DNA from: Tubiluchus corallicola
Taxonomy: Eukaryota > Animalia > Priapulida
Direction: 5' to 3'
Assembly (NCBI GenBank): GCA_030141605.1
Contig: JAQGDQ010000516.1
Span: 93,160-157,159, forward strand
DNA length: 64,000 bases
Below are positions 37,572-50,503 of the stretch, one piece after another; position 1 is the first letter of the stretch, and each line of letters begins with the position of its first letter. Both the position numbers and the translations under genes were made by a program. The notes beneath the pieces were generated by a model, which searched no databases, had not been told where the DNA came from, and worked only from the letters and a program-made list of their open reading frames with translations.

Positions 37572-38685
37572 ACATGCTAAGATAACATGCCTTTATTCAA
37601 AAATTACACAATCCTACAAATGACTATAGTATGACCTACTTCACAAAACCAATAAATTTTTAATTTGAAACGACAACAGAGTAGTAAAGATATACTGCTT
37701 GCTTCTTGAAAAATGACTGTTTACCTGGAGCAATTTTTATGAATAATTAATACCATGCAATTACTTTAAATTATAAAGATGAAAAATATGCAAATGATTT
37801 AAAAATGTAAAGTGAAATCTATAAGCTCAGGCAAGAAAACAGCAATTTTTATAGCGCACAATTCTGATGCAGAAAATTCTTAACTGTACATTTATTTACT
37901 GTATACTAGTTCAAGGTTAATAACAATCTAACTGAAGATTGCTTTTAAACTGGAAACAAGAATCGTAGTACTGTAGAATGTTTACATCCAAAAAGGCTGC
38001 ACAAAATCAGTTTTACAGACTGCTAGAAACTACAGTTATGTTGAATCTACCAAATTATAATGCCATGACTGCAAAGAGCAACACTGATCCAGAATTTACT
38101 GCGAAAATATATTTAATGTTGAAAATTTCACATTATCAATTTTCATTCGAAATGCAACACATTTCATTGAAAACTAAAGAGTAAACAGGTTGATGTTAAA
38201 GAATGAATTCAACAATCAGGTAACGAGGTAAACGCTACACACTATCAAATGACATTTGCAAGCGAGCAATATCATTAAACTGTGATATCAAAAAGTTTCA
38301 GTCTAATTTACAAACACCAAGAACTTGTAGTTAAGGCTTCAACTCAATAAGAAACTAACTATAAACAATTTTCCAGATTCACACGATGGATCAATGGAGA
38401 ATTCTAAACTTCTTCTGACTCACTATTTGCAGATATTTTTCATGCTTCAATTCCAACTAAAAGTTAATCTTCTGCCTTTATTGTGATGTCTGAGTACCTG
38501 GCTACATTAGGTAAAAGATACCTCACACCCGCTTGCATTAAAGTTGATTAGCAATCAGTATTGTCTATCAGTAATGGCAGCTGTACTGCAGAAACATTTT
38601 GGATAAAAAAATATGTATATATCTAGCAACATATAGCTATGCAGGAAAACAAAAATTTATCTGTCAAGCCAATAACAACCATAAA

Positions 38686-41600
38686 CTAGTCCTCTTTCTT
38701 GTTTGGTAATTGTTCCTCTTCATCTTCACTATACTCACTAGGCGCTTCTCCGGGAGCTAATAATTTGCCTACATAATCATATTTTTCTGAAAACGAATAA
38801 AGCGTTTTAATAAAACCATGTATTAGGATACATGTTTAATACTGACACTTGCAAATTGAGATGAAATGGACCACTAAAAATTACAGATTAACATTTAGAT
38901 AATTATTTGAAGATTTCAGTCACACAAATGAAAGTAAATAATAGTTTTGTGCATGAAACTATTGCTGTCAAATGTCAAGTAAATCAATTAACAATACAGT
39001 GGTCAAATCCAGATCAGACAATATCTGCAGTGTAAAATTCATCCAACTTATCAGCACCCAACTTACAATTTAGCATATATCTCTAAATAATCTAAAAGGA
39101 AAACAAATGCATTCTCCAGTTAGGCATCTATAGTGTAAGTGGTAGTGCATCTCTTGGTTCCTAAATATTACATATATATTTCAGATTTTAATTTCATATA
39201 TGTTGCGTGACCATAATTGCATAATTCACTGATTCAGACTGAACATTAGCAATACATACCAAGGCAGCAGTTAACATCAGAAAAAATGGGAAAATCTATA
39301 TTACATGGGATAAAATGGAACTTGTTAACACATATATGTTTCGAAAGAAAGCACAACAAGAGTCAGCATGTGCTCAGCCAGTACCTAGTTAAGTTCTTGT
39401 TAAGCTATGCACAGACATCATAGAGTGCCATGCATGTTGGGAATAAAAAATACGAAATAGCTACATATGACATAAATTTACCATTAAACTTAGTGGTAAC
39501 ATAACATTATCCATATTTTCGTGCTGAATCACAACAATGCTCTTGATAAAAAATATTAAATACAAGTCCATGGCCTACAAGACAAAATTACAAAAAGTGA
39601 ATAATTCATCCGTATTATGAATAATTCATCCGTATTATAAATACAACATCTTTTTCCACATGAACTGCTTGTGGGGAATTGATTGGAAAGCTTCTTATGA
39701 AGTTCCTGTCATTGCCCATTTTGAATTATATACACTGTGAAAGCAGACTAAGCAAAATTATGTGATTACATAAATCATACCCATAAACTGCATTTCCCAT
39801 TCTCGTATAGACTCCATCTGTTCCGAAGTCAGGTCAGACAAGTCATCATACTCTTCCTTAATTGCCTCTGGACTGACAGAAAATGTGGCAAGACCTCGCG
39901 AAGCATCTTTTCCACCAAAAATCCCATACGGACCACCTAAAGTCACATACACATCATAAAAATCTAAGCACTAACTTTAACATGTGCAAAACATTTGAGT
40001 CAGTTACTTATTATTATAGGCTTATAATTACATAACATTTGTTACATATTGTGTAATGGGTTTAAAGATGCTCCAGAAGACAACAACGTGATTAGTAGTT
40101 AGCACTGTCCTGACAGTTAAAATACAGTTATTGGTCTTCTTTTAATAGTATCAACTATAATATGGCTATTGAAGTAGAACATCAGGTACATAAGCAGTTT
40201 TAATTTGCAAATTGGGTACACATTCTCATTTTAGTTCTACAGAAAACAATCAAAAAATAAATTTGAAGCTGAGTCTTGAGGAACAGCAGAGTGGATGCTG
40301 TGTGTAATGAAGTTAAACAACACAGAGGCCTGTCAGTGAACAGATAGGAAACCTGGAAAGTTTCATTTATCACACTAGTGTTTGAAAGGACCAGTCTCAA
40401 TCTCGCTGAGACCACAGCCTCAGTTTCGATAGTCAGTTTCGGTGAGAATCGAGATAAGCTTGCCAGCAGGATGGTTTTACAATGTACACGTACCAAGTAC
40501 ACTCATATCTCGGGTTTGCCGGACCTCGCTTTTACGGGTATCGGGAGCTAACCCAGTGTATCGGGATTCACTCTGAATCAGTGACTCGGTGAATAGTCAG
40601 TCTCGGTGAGAATCGAGATAAGCTTGCCAGCAGGATGGTTTTACAATGTACATGTACCAAGTACACTCGTATCTCCGGTTTGCCGGATTTCGCTTTTACG
40701 GGTATGGGGAGCTGGCGGGCTGCCACTTTGTTTACATCACTACAATTGTGTAACCACGTGTATATCTCTATATAAAAATATAGAATCAATTATGTGGACT
40801 TATCTGAGTCAAATGCCAACAGTTTGTATCTACTTTTGCATCGGACCAACCCATACTAGACACTTTTGAGACAATCTGGCAATTGATTCTACACTACCGC
40901 GAGTCTAAAACACTGCAAATACTGTATTAGCATAGTATCGGTAAATGCGGGCAATTGGCAGATTCGGACGGACGTCTCCTCAGTTTTATCTGGCAAACCG
41001 AGATATGAGTGTGCATGATTGCAAAGTCAAGTATGGCATAGATGTTGATGTAATTTTACAAAAACCAAAGCAAAAGACAATATTTTTGTTTACTACAGAT
41101 TGTAGAGTTGTCTAGAGTAGACTAGCTTTAAAAATTTGTATGCCTAAAAACTAATGAATGGTAAACTCAAATTGCTTATAATAAAAGCCTTATATTAACA
41201 ATGCACGCCTGTCAATGCCTCGAACGGAATCATTACCATGCATTAATTTTAAAATAACTTATTATCGCATTACCATAGATTACCGTAATAGGACTGGACA
41301 AAGCCTATAAGTACACCCATTGCCCATGGTTTTCTTTCTCGTTATGCCTCTGTTTATGGTTTTCTCAATTATTACGTTAGTTTAACTTTGTTATTGTTGC
41401 TTTCTCTCTAAAGTTGTCTCTCAGGTGGAACAACTTTAAAGACGGAACAGCAATAAACGCAAGTTATAAAAAATATATGCATTTACCTGGCCCATAGAAA
41501 CGTTTTCCACGCGTTACATCAAAAACCTTGCCGTTCACTGCCATTAAAACTCGACCGTCGTCCCCCCGTCCATCGTACTGCTTCAAATGTTCAAGCGTAA

Positions 41601-41790
41601 AATCTTGCTTTTTTAACTTTGGCAAAGGTGGCTCAGCAGGGGTTATAACTTCGTCGGTTCCTCTACGTTTTAGAATTTTATATAGAAGCAAAATGCAAAC
41701 ACCTAACAATGCTAAATTCAATGGAGAAGTTATAATATCATTGAAAAACCTAGCCAAAAGTCCAGTCGCCGCTTCTGCTTGTTCTGCCAT
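38686..41790 (-). CDS. PGRMC1: Membrane-associated progesterone receptor component (cytochrome b5-like heme/steroid-binding); exons 41790-41487, 39936-39781, 38786-38686; 186 aa
   Basis: TM segment [18 protein letters not shown], then [75 protein letters not shown]; phases consistent; likely co-ortholog of PGRMC1 and PGRMC2. Confidence 0.96.
40429..41013. mobile_element. MITE whose left end and flank are tandemly duplicated, in PGRMC intron 1
   Basis: TIR cactcatatctcg(g)gtttgccgga at about 40500 and again at about 40663, versus tctggcaaaccgagatatgagtg at 40989-41011; direct repeat 40429-40551 / 40593-40713 with a 164-bp period. Confidence 0.7.
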
Positions 41791-42076
41791 GTCTTCGCTT
41801 TCACCAGAAGAACACAATCGATATATATTTCATCCTTACACATTTTATTATAAAAAAATAGTAGCAAACGCTTAAAAATCTAGACGTGCAAAAATATTGC
41901 TACTGTATTCAGTGTTACATAGTTTTTTTTATTATTGGTATATTTGCGATGCTATTTTTTGTTATTGTTAATTAGTTGAGACTGCAAAAAATGCTGTACG
42001 TTTTTAGGGCTGCTACAGTACACACAATAACACATGTATGATAGTTTTGCAATTTGCATGTTCACTGCATGTCACA

Positions 42077-43141
42077 ATGGCTGCTGCCAGTACGAAGTGT
42101 GTTATGTCTACTAAAACAGTGAGATGCATAGAAAGTAAAGAGAAGAATGCAAAACTTGACAGAGAAACACGTATGTCATTAAACAATCCATTTAAGATTA
42201 CTTGGCCAAGAATTGGGATTAAAGGGCGTGAAGAAATATTCACGGAATTGGAGAAATATTTGAGTTTTATTGGTGAATACAGAAGACTCATCTCGACCGT
42301 GAAGCACAGTCATTACATGAAGTATGTTAATGATCTAAAGAGTCTAGCAGCGTCTAAAAAACGAAAGCGATTTCGAAAGAAAAAGAACGAAATCAAGAAA
42401 GGAGTGGAAGATGTTCTACAAAAAGTTCAGTCAGAAAATACAGAACTGAGATTGAAGTATGAACAGCGATTACCAGTTGTTGCTGGTGTAAATGAAGTTA
42501 TTAGGCTCCTTGAGAGAAATGCTGCGCAGCTGGTTTTGATCGAGTCGACTATTCCTAACCTGTTGGGAAGAAATCTACTTGTTCTTTGTGCCACTAGAAA
42601 AGTACCTGTTATATGTCTGAATAATTTGAGTGAAAAGATGAAATTAATATTGGCTGTATCCAGCTGCCTTGCACTTGCATTTCCGAAAGACTTGCCCAAA
42701 CCTCAAACAATGGAAGCTAACATGTGCAGATTGATAGACTTTATTTATTTACGTGTCCCACCATTTAAAATAGACTGGCTGGATATTGCAAGTGTTTCAG
42801 AAAAAGATACTGAGCAGGCAGAGAATACTTCTCAAAGCTGTGTTACTAAAGAGTCTTTTCTAAATTTTGATCAAAAAGAAATTGTTTGTGGTAAAGCCCA
42901 TTCTGAAGGAACTGTGGCACTCTCAGATGGTGCATCTTCTCCTAAAAGGAAGCCAGTTAGTCTGATATGTGAAGCAGACATACCAGCAAAGAGAATGAGA
43001 GTACTATCTAACTCCAAGTCAGATGAGTTGAAAAAGGGTGTTTTAAGTCCACGTTTAAAGCCTACTGTTTTGAAATGCACGAAATGCAAGCCTAGCAAGA
43101 CAAAAAAGAAAGAAAAATACAAGTGTACTCAAAAAGCGTGA
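42077..43141 (+). CDS. RPP38: Ribonuclease P/MRP protein subunit p38 (L7Ae domain), single coding exon; alternative in-frame ATG at 42038
   Basis: N-terminal MAAA...SLNNPFKITW and L7Ae core VVAGVNEVIRLLER...LVL...LLVLCATRKVPVICL...LALAF; basic C-terminal tail. Confidence 0.85.
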   Translation: MAAASTKCVMSTKTVRCIESKEKNAKLDRETRMSLNNPFKITWPRIGIKGREEIFTELEKYLSFIGEYRRLISTVKHSHYMKYVNDLKSLAASKKRKRFRKKKNEIKKGVEDVLQKVQSENTELRLKYEQRLPVVAGVNEVIRLLERNAAQLVLIESTIPNLLGRNLLVLCATRKVPVICLNNLSEKMKLILAVSSCLALAFPKDLPKPQTMEANMCRLIDFIYLRVPPFKIDWLDIASVSEKDTEQAENTSQSCVTKESFLNFDQKEIVCGKAHSEGTVALSDGASSPKRKPVSLICEADIPAKRMRVLSNSKSDELKKGVLSPRLKPTVLKCTKCKPSKTKKKEKYKCTQKA

Positions 43142-45171
43142 TATCTATCTGTGCATCCGTGTTTTACAGTTATCCCAAGAAGAGCCAGAAGAAGAGAAAA
43201 TTTTTTTGAAAATTGATTTGTGAATTTGTAGCGTAAAATTACTCTGTCTAAGTCTGTAAAATTACTTCTGATATGAATTCACAGTCTGTTGAACCTTGAT
43301 GATAATGATATGTAACTTGAAGTGTACATACAATTTGTAAAGGCGAATTATTAGCCACTACATTTTCAGGGCTTGGCTTTTTCTATAAATGTTCTTGCAT
43401 CTTTCTCAACTGTTGCTACTGCCTTTTGTGAATTTTTTTTAAGTCTTTCATCATGATTATTAGATGTTGTTCACATGGTTCTTGTATTAGTTAGCACATG
43501 CATCCATATCAGTCCATATTTTCACATCATTACCTAGACTGCTTTCAAACGAAAACTAAAACTTATTTTTTGTATGTAATTCCTACTTCTGATGAAAATA
43601 AAGTATATTATGTAAACTAGATGTTGTTAATTATTACATTTGGATGGTAAGACTCTGCAAAAAGGTTTGCTTTTAAGTCATGATTATTTACACCAAACAA
43701 CTCATCTTGATGCAGGGGGATTTGTTTGGAGCGCACTAGTACACTAAGCCCAGTCTGAACAGCCTATGGAAAATGCATGAAAATTAAAATGATCCTGATC
43801 TCTCTTTCTGATTCTGCACAAAGTACCAAATTAAAATGTCTTGATTAAAATGATTCTGACAGCTAAGTTTTGAGTTTTGACAGCAAATTCTCATTGCCAA
43901 AATTGACTTTGAAGCACGTATGACAAAAAACGTAACTTGCATTATGAATTCGTTAATTAGAGGAATATAAAACGACTGTTTCTTTTTCATAAAGATACAG
44001 TATTCACAGAATCTATTAGCAGAGTCAATAATTTAATGTACTTGTATACATTTACTGCATATAAACGAAAGCGCCGGCTGTTAGCGCCACTCAGTAGCAA
44101 CTTGGCAAAACTTTCGCTTAGAACTAAATAAATCTGTTAAGTAGTCTGTAAACTTGTCTGGTTACGTAGCAACACCTTTATTAAGCATGCGTAGCACAAT
44201 TGCTCACTCTGTAAAATTATAGGTACCATGCAATAACAACAGTAACTGAATAGCGAACTATGAGTACAGTATAATACTGCTGTGTTATTTCAACGTGTTT
44301 TAAATTCTAGGTGCATTCATTTTGAATTAATTATTGTGTCCAGTTGTGAACGACCAGTCTATAGGAGAGAAACGCGCGAGTACTGTGCAATGTCGATGAT
44401 GCCAACATTTAAAATTATATCGAGTAGGCCTATACTTAACCGTTACGGGGATGATATGCATGAAAAAGTGTATTAATCGCTGTTTTAATTGAAAAGCGCT
44501 CAATTACGTTTACGTTGCTATAATATTATAGATCAATACGTTGTGTCTTCGTTGCTTTGTGACCTTCGTTACCTGGCTGGACATCAGCGATATGTTGTTG
44601 TCAATCTAGCACTGGGTGTCTTTATCAAGCAATAGAGACCAAACGTTTATAATATCTCATAACTTATGAGCTTTCGTGTACTTGTGTGTATTTTGTACCA
44701 GTATTTTGTATAAATAGCACGCCAGCAAGTGAACTATGAACACGGAGCTTAAAACTGAATATATTATTATGGTAGATTAGATAATAGTGCACGACACTGC
44801 CATGCACACAAGTGCGCGATTTTACAAGATAAGTGTCAGAAGCTAGGCGTGATTAAAACACATCTCTAGACTAGATTAGCCTAACTTTTGGCCTTTAATG
44901 ACGCAGGACTTATTTGATGTTTCGATTGTCGTGTTTAGGCTTTCACAGATTACGCGAATTTGCTCTGGTTAGCTACCCAAATTTTAAAAGGTGTGCATGT
45001 TTATTAAGCAACGTTTGTATACTGTGTAACAACGTGCACTGCTATGTAAGTAGTTCTTAAAACGTTTTTGAGGACTTTACCAGTAGACGTGTAGTGCATG
45101 TCGAATTCATATGGCATTGATTTTGCGGAGGGACCTTATCATTTTGAGTCATACAATTGAACTGTAGGAAA

Positions 45172-45639
45172 ATGTCTTTTTTAAAGTTTTGGCACGGCAA
45201 TTCAAAGGACAATAATAAAAAGAACAATATAATCTCAGAGAACTACAATGTTAATAATTCAGAATATGAGGACATGACTGAGGACACGACTGTCACAAAA
45301 AACATGAAGGTGAAACGCTCTGGTAGATATACCAAGCGAAAACCTCGGAAGAGCTTGGATGATGCTCATCCTGACTTCTATGGTATATACGATAGGGTAT
45401 ATACCAAGCAGAAACCTCGGAACAGCTTGGATGATGCTCATCCTGACTTCCACAAACCGTATAAGCGCTCACTGGAACAGGCAAAAAAAGAGGATATTGA
45501 AAATATGCGAGAAGAGAAGCACGATAACCAAAACGAAAAGAGCGAGGAAGCCAAGTATAACGATTCAATCGCAGAAGCCGGAATAGAAGCTTTTGGACGA
45601 CATCTTGGGATTACCGAGCAAGATATTGTGAAGCTATGA
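45172..45639 (+). CDS. Short hydrophilic protein (155 aa) with PRR15/PRR15L-like motif and internal duplication
   Basis: Open frame from ATG 45172; upstream TATA (44709), possible donor (44772) and acceptor (45167); AATAAA at 45734; KNMKVKRSGRYTKRKPRKSL resembles the PRR15-family KVSxSGRFKEKxKVRATL motif. Confidence 0.6.
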   Translation: MSFLKFWHGNSKDNNKKNNIISENYNVNNSEYEDMTEDTTVTKNMKVKRSGRYTKRKPRKSLDDAHPDFYGIYDRVYTKQKPRNSLDDAHPDFHKPYKRSLEQAKKEDIENMREEKHDNQNEKSEEAKYNDSIAEAGIEAFGRHLGITEQDIVKL

Positions 45640-47708
45640 CTTTAATGTTCATAAACAGCAGAAGACAGTTAATTACCGCATGACGCAAATCATGTATTTT
45701 TTGCTTTGTTCGGCATTGCAAATGGATGCTAAAAATAAAATGTGCATAAATCAGTGATGGTTGCAAATTAAATTCACCGGCCTGCAAATAAAAAAAATCG
45801 ACCGTAAGTGTGCCCACTGTATATACAATAACTTTGCTTAGTGTGCATGTAGCCTTTACATCGTTTCTGATAGCAAATTTAATGTAAATTTACCTAATTA
45901 TCCTTTATGAGCCTGGTGCACTTTTTTCTTTCGCGTCTAGTAGGATAGGCCTACGTTTCGTGAAAAAAGTTGCAATAAAGGCCTGTCTAATCATATACTC
46001 CTGGGTCCTGCAGAATAAAATGTTTATAAAGGGAAATCTTATCTTGCCATACATCACATGCCATATTTGGTATGCTGTAGCTTTTTGTTAAAATCTGCTA
46101 AAGATTAAAAGCATAAATTCCAAGTAAATATTTAAACTATAGTACCTAAACACTACTAACAGGCGAAATATCAGTTTATGCACTTAGAATGTTGACGTTT
46201 TTGTACAGAATAATTAATGTACGTTCTTTGAAAGCTTGTTAATCATGATGTACAATCATATTTGAATGTTTGTTGCAATAAATAAGTGAGAATGTGATAA
46301 ATATAAAGCCGCTTTCAGCCTTTCACCAAAATTTGTTTTGCATGCTTGCCTGCTAACACGTAGGCCTCCTTTGATGTCTGTTTGTACAGTAATGCCTGCG
46401 CATAACATTTAAATTTGACTAAAAAATTGTGTTGTTCACTTTTGGTTAATGCGGAACACAAGCCTTATGAAGTGCTGAAATTAATGTAATCGTTTCATAA
46501 AAATATATTATTATTTATATCTATCTTGCATCATTGATTTTTTATAAGAGTATATCGATGCTCTTAGACGAGATTCCGTTTATAGACAGGACTCTTTGTT
46601 ATGTATTATTACTGATGTTTGTAGATAGAATTTATCTGGCTGCTTTGCAATAATAGCACAGTTCTACGAGTATTATGAAAAGCACCTGTTAAGCAATATC
46701 GATTTGCATATACTACATTAAATGCAGAACAAAACTTGCTTACGGGTAAAACTACCAAGACGCAAGACCTAAGTGAAAGATTTAGGAAAGTTTTGTGAAA
46801 TGAAACAAGCGTAATATTTATTATAAGCCCGTTTTATTTAAATTCATGTGGCATTAATATTAACATATAGGTATAGTGATAATGATACAAATGAGTATAG
46901 ATTAATAAATAATAACTTGTATAGACACTATACGTGATACAGTTATGCCTATATAGTTAGGCCTATGATTATGTCCTCTTACACTGGCGGGTTTAGGGCC
47001 CAGAATAAGTATAGATATAATCTTAATATGTAGGTATATCTATGACTCTTCGAAGTCTTTTTGTAATAATGTAATTTAGGTTGCATGTATGTTGTATAGG
47101 ACTTCTTTACAATATGTAAACGTCTATCTGACTGCTAAGTCTATAACACGTAATTGGGCTCTTCATTAATACCTAGGTAATTTTTGTAATTCGGTTCAAT
47201 AACCGTGTCACTGTGAGTCTGTGGCCAATGAACTGAAGTGAACATTAATGTTAATGAGATAATGTACATTAGCTTCAATGTATATTAATAATATTCACTT
47301 CTTATGGAACCTGGGATCGAACAGCAGGTGTTCTTGCCAATATCATATTAAAATGGTTACATTTTGTTTCTTTACGTTTTCCTCTTTGTTAAGACTAGTT
47401 TTTACGCTTGTTGATAAAAAATTCACACTCGGGCAATTACTCTTTCCGGCATTTAGAAACAACGATTTTGTGGTGTAATCATAGTCGTATAACAAAAATG
47501 GTTGAAACGAGTTCGAGTATACACGCATTCACGCAGAAAATAGTTTATAATTTTCAATGAGTGTCGTCTGGGAACGTGCAGTATTGTTGGATTTGTCCCT
47601 AAAGCCACAGTTTAATTAATAGCAGAAACACCATAGTAGAAGTAAATATTAAGTTGATCAAGGCAATTTATAACGTCAAATGTGAAGTTAAATGGATCTG
47701 CACTATAC

Positions 47709-47965
47709 GACTGACTGATTGATTTATTCTTTTCAAATAGTTTTACAATGTAATATAAGAGAAAGGGGAGAAGCCACCCAGACAGAGCACTTGAGGTGGC
47801 TCTCTGTTAACAAGTTACGATCAAATTTGCAATGTTGTAACAAGTTTTCATTCTCTAACAATGATGTAGAATCTTTAACATTAGAAGCATTAACTGTGTC
47901 CAGTTGAAGAATTCCAAATATCTACGATTCTGTTACAAAAAGAGAATTCGCAAATATTCAGTCTG
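47709..47965 (-). mobile_element. 3'-terminal fragment of a CR1-like LINE
   Basis: Minus strand gives LNICEFSFCNRIVDIWNS.../TVNASNVK (CR1 ORF2 C-terminus), then a stem-loop (agccacc...ggtggct) and an aataaatcaatcagtcagtc tail. Confidence 0.7.
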
Positions 47966-49900
47966 CAGTAGTTTTATGTCCCCTGAATTTGTCTACTTTT
48001 TACTCAATTTATTGTAGCATAACTTTTCCCGTTATTTTATTCATTAGCTTTGTTATGTAACGTTGTAGTTCGATCTATCATCTCGGTTCCTTAGCCGCAG
48101 TATGGTAATTAATCTTGCTGTGTGTATATCTTCTTTTCGTTACCTGTTAATTCTATGCAATCATTTTATGATTATGACGTTATAGCCCTAAGCCGTACTG
48201 TGAACGAAACGACAAATTCGCCTAAAATTCTCGAAATCATAAATAACGAAAAACTTTTATTAAATTTCACGTTAATTATTACTCAGTAACTGCCAACTGA
48301 TCAAATTGTCTATAAACCTCCACAAATTCCATTCTGACTCAAAAAGAACCGAATATATGTCAATAATTGATTTACTTCTTGTTTTTCCTGCCTAATTTAA
48401 TTCGATTCTAAGAGAAATTAAGACGATTAATTTCTTCACGAATGAAAACTTATTTCTAGTGTAATATTACTTATTTTATAAAAATCCTGATGACGCATCG
48501 TACGATACTATGGAAGTAACATTAATCTACGGTACTATCACGACATTAATCTACGTACGTTACTTCATACATTAATCTTCGGGTTTGCTATGCGTGCTAC
48601 TGCGATACTTATTACCAAGGCTTGTAACCGCATTTTTGATACGTCGCACTGTGGTCTCAAAATGCACAATATTTCTATAAAAATTGAGTCATTTCATTTA
48701 TTACTCCGACTTCCATCTCACCTTTATATAAACTTGGTGAATTTCTCGATTAATTTATACGCTTTATAATGGCTGTAATTTCGCAGGTGCTGTGTGTGTG
48801 TTGAAGCTTATCGTGACTTGACTTGCTCTGTATGTTACAACCAACTATTTAAATTAGCATTTAAAATTAGGACCATTACTAATCTAATTTAGCACAAAGG
48901 TGCATGTAAAGCGATATTTATTACATCTGCAATAATTAGTTTATAACTTCCATAAATTAAACGCGTAAAATTTTCTTCTACATCAAGATGCACAAAGTTA
49001 ACACTTTCATAATGCGACTTTCAGTATAAATTTTTCATGTTCGTACAGTCACTACGCATACAGTTACTATAGTCTACTTCAGCCTACTTAATCATTTATG
49101 TTCGTCGACATAATCACGCGATATTCACATCATTTACAAACTGTTAGTTAGTAACTAATGTTGTCTGGCATTTAGGCCGACTTAGCAAGAGGTGTATTGT
49201 TTAAATTAGTCCATTAAATTAGTGCAACGTCATCTAGGCTTAACAGTTAGGTCTAATAACGCAAACTGTTTTATTTATTGTGCACTCAAACAATTAATGA
49301 CAAGAAGTAATCATTTTAGCTAGAAAAAAGGCTGGCAATTGAGCTGTCAAAGGCCCCGTAAAACATTTTGTCGGATGAACTGGATTATAATCAGTAATGC
49401 GAAAAAATCTACGTATTTTAGGGGGCTTTACTAAATGTCGAAAATGACGGAACTGATTTTTTCGCTTGGTGATTGCAGCCCCGATTCGCAAAATATAAAA
49501 CGCCGATCAGAACTAGATAGGACTTTCCGTTTAATGAAGGATTTGAATCGTCAAAACAAAATAGTTAAGCCGTTGAAGTACTGTGTTGAAATTTGGAAAT
49601 CATATGTAATATCACCGACCTCTCAACTAACTGACCAACTCTTGAAGCAGATACGCATGTTATAAGAAGGACCAGCAGCTTGGCGAACAACTTTTATTAC
49701 TTTTAAAAGCCACGTGCTGCAAAAATTGATTTTTGAATGCCTTTCTCAAGTCTACAGCTCGTCTACAGACCAGAAGCAAGGACAACTGTTCTCCCCAACC
49801 GTTTCTGAACTGGAGCAGAAAGCGCCCTTTTCTAAAAATATATAGTTATTAAAGAAATGAAGGCTAAACCTTATTGCGAGCCAGTCAGAAATATTTAGAT

Positions 49901-49931
49901 TAATAACAACAACAACAACAACAACAACAAC

Positions 49932-50023
<92 letters not shown>

Positions 50024-50053
50024 CAACAACAACAACAATAATAATAATAATAA
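49901..50053. repeat. Compound (AAC)n/(AAT)n microsatellite
   Basis: Directly visible. Confidence 0.98.
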
Positions 50054-50055
50054 TG

Positions 50056-50326
50056 GAATTTATTGCCAACTGGTTTCGAACAAAACTGTTCACTAGCAAG
50101 GCAACTAAAACAAAGATATTTACCAGAATTTAGAAGCAACTTCGAAGTACGTACAATGCAATAGTTAATAGCCAAATGAAGTACAATATGACATGTAGAT
50201 AAATTAACAATTTACCTCATAGACTACTGAATTGTACTTCGAAGTTGTTCCAAATTCTGGTAAATTTCTTTGTTTTAGATGCCTTGACAATGAGCAGTTT
50301 TGATCGAAACCGGTCGGCCATAAATT
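50056..50326. mobile_element. Fold-back element (arms about 92 bp) with Penelope-type hammerhead motifs in both arms
   Basis: 50056-50150 is an imperfect reverse complement of 50234-50326; plus arm reads gcc-ttgacaa-t-gagcagttttgatc-gaaac-cg-gtc-ggc. Confidence 0.75.
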
Positions 50327-50362
50327 ACATATTGATGAAGTTGCATTTATTTGCCAAAATGG

Positions 50363-50423
50363 TAATTCTAATTCTAATTCTAATAATAATAATGATGATG
50401 GTGATGATGATGATGATGATGGT

Positions 50424-50487
<64 letters not shown>

Positions 50488-50503
50488 GTAATAATAATAA
50501 CAA
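50363..50503. repeat. Compound (AATTCT)n/(GAT)n/(AAT)n microsatellite
   Basis: Directly visible. Confidence 0.98.
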
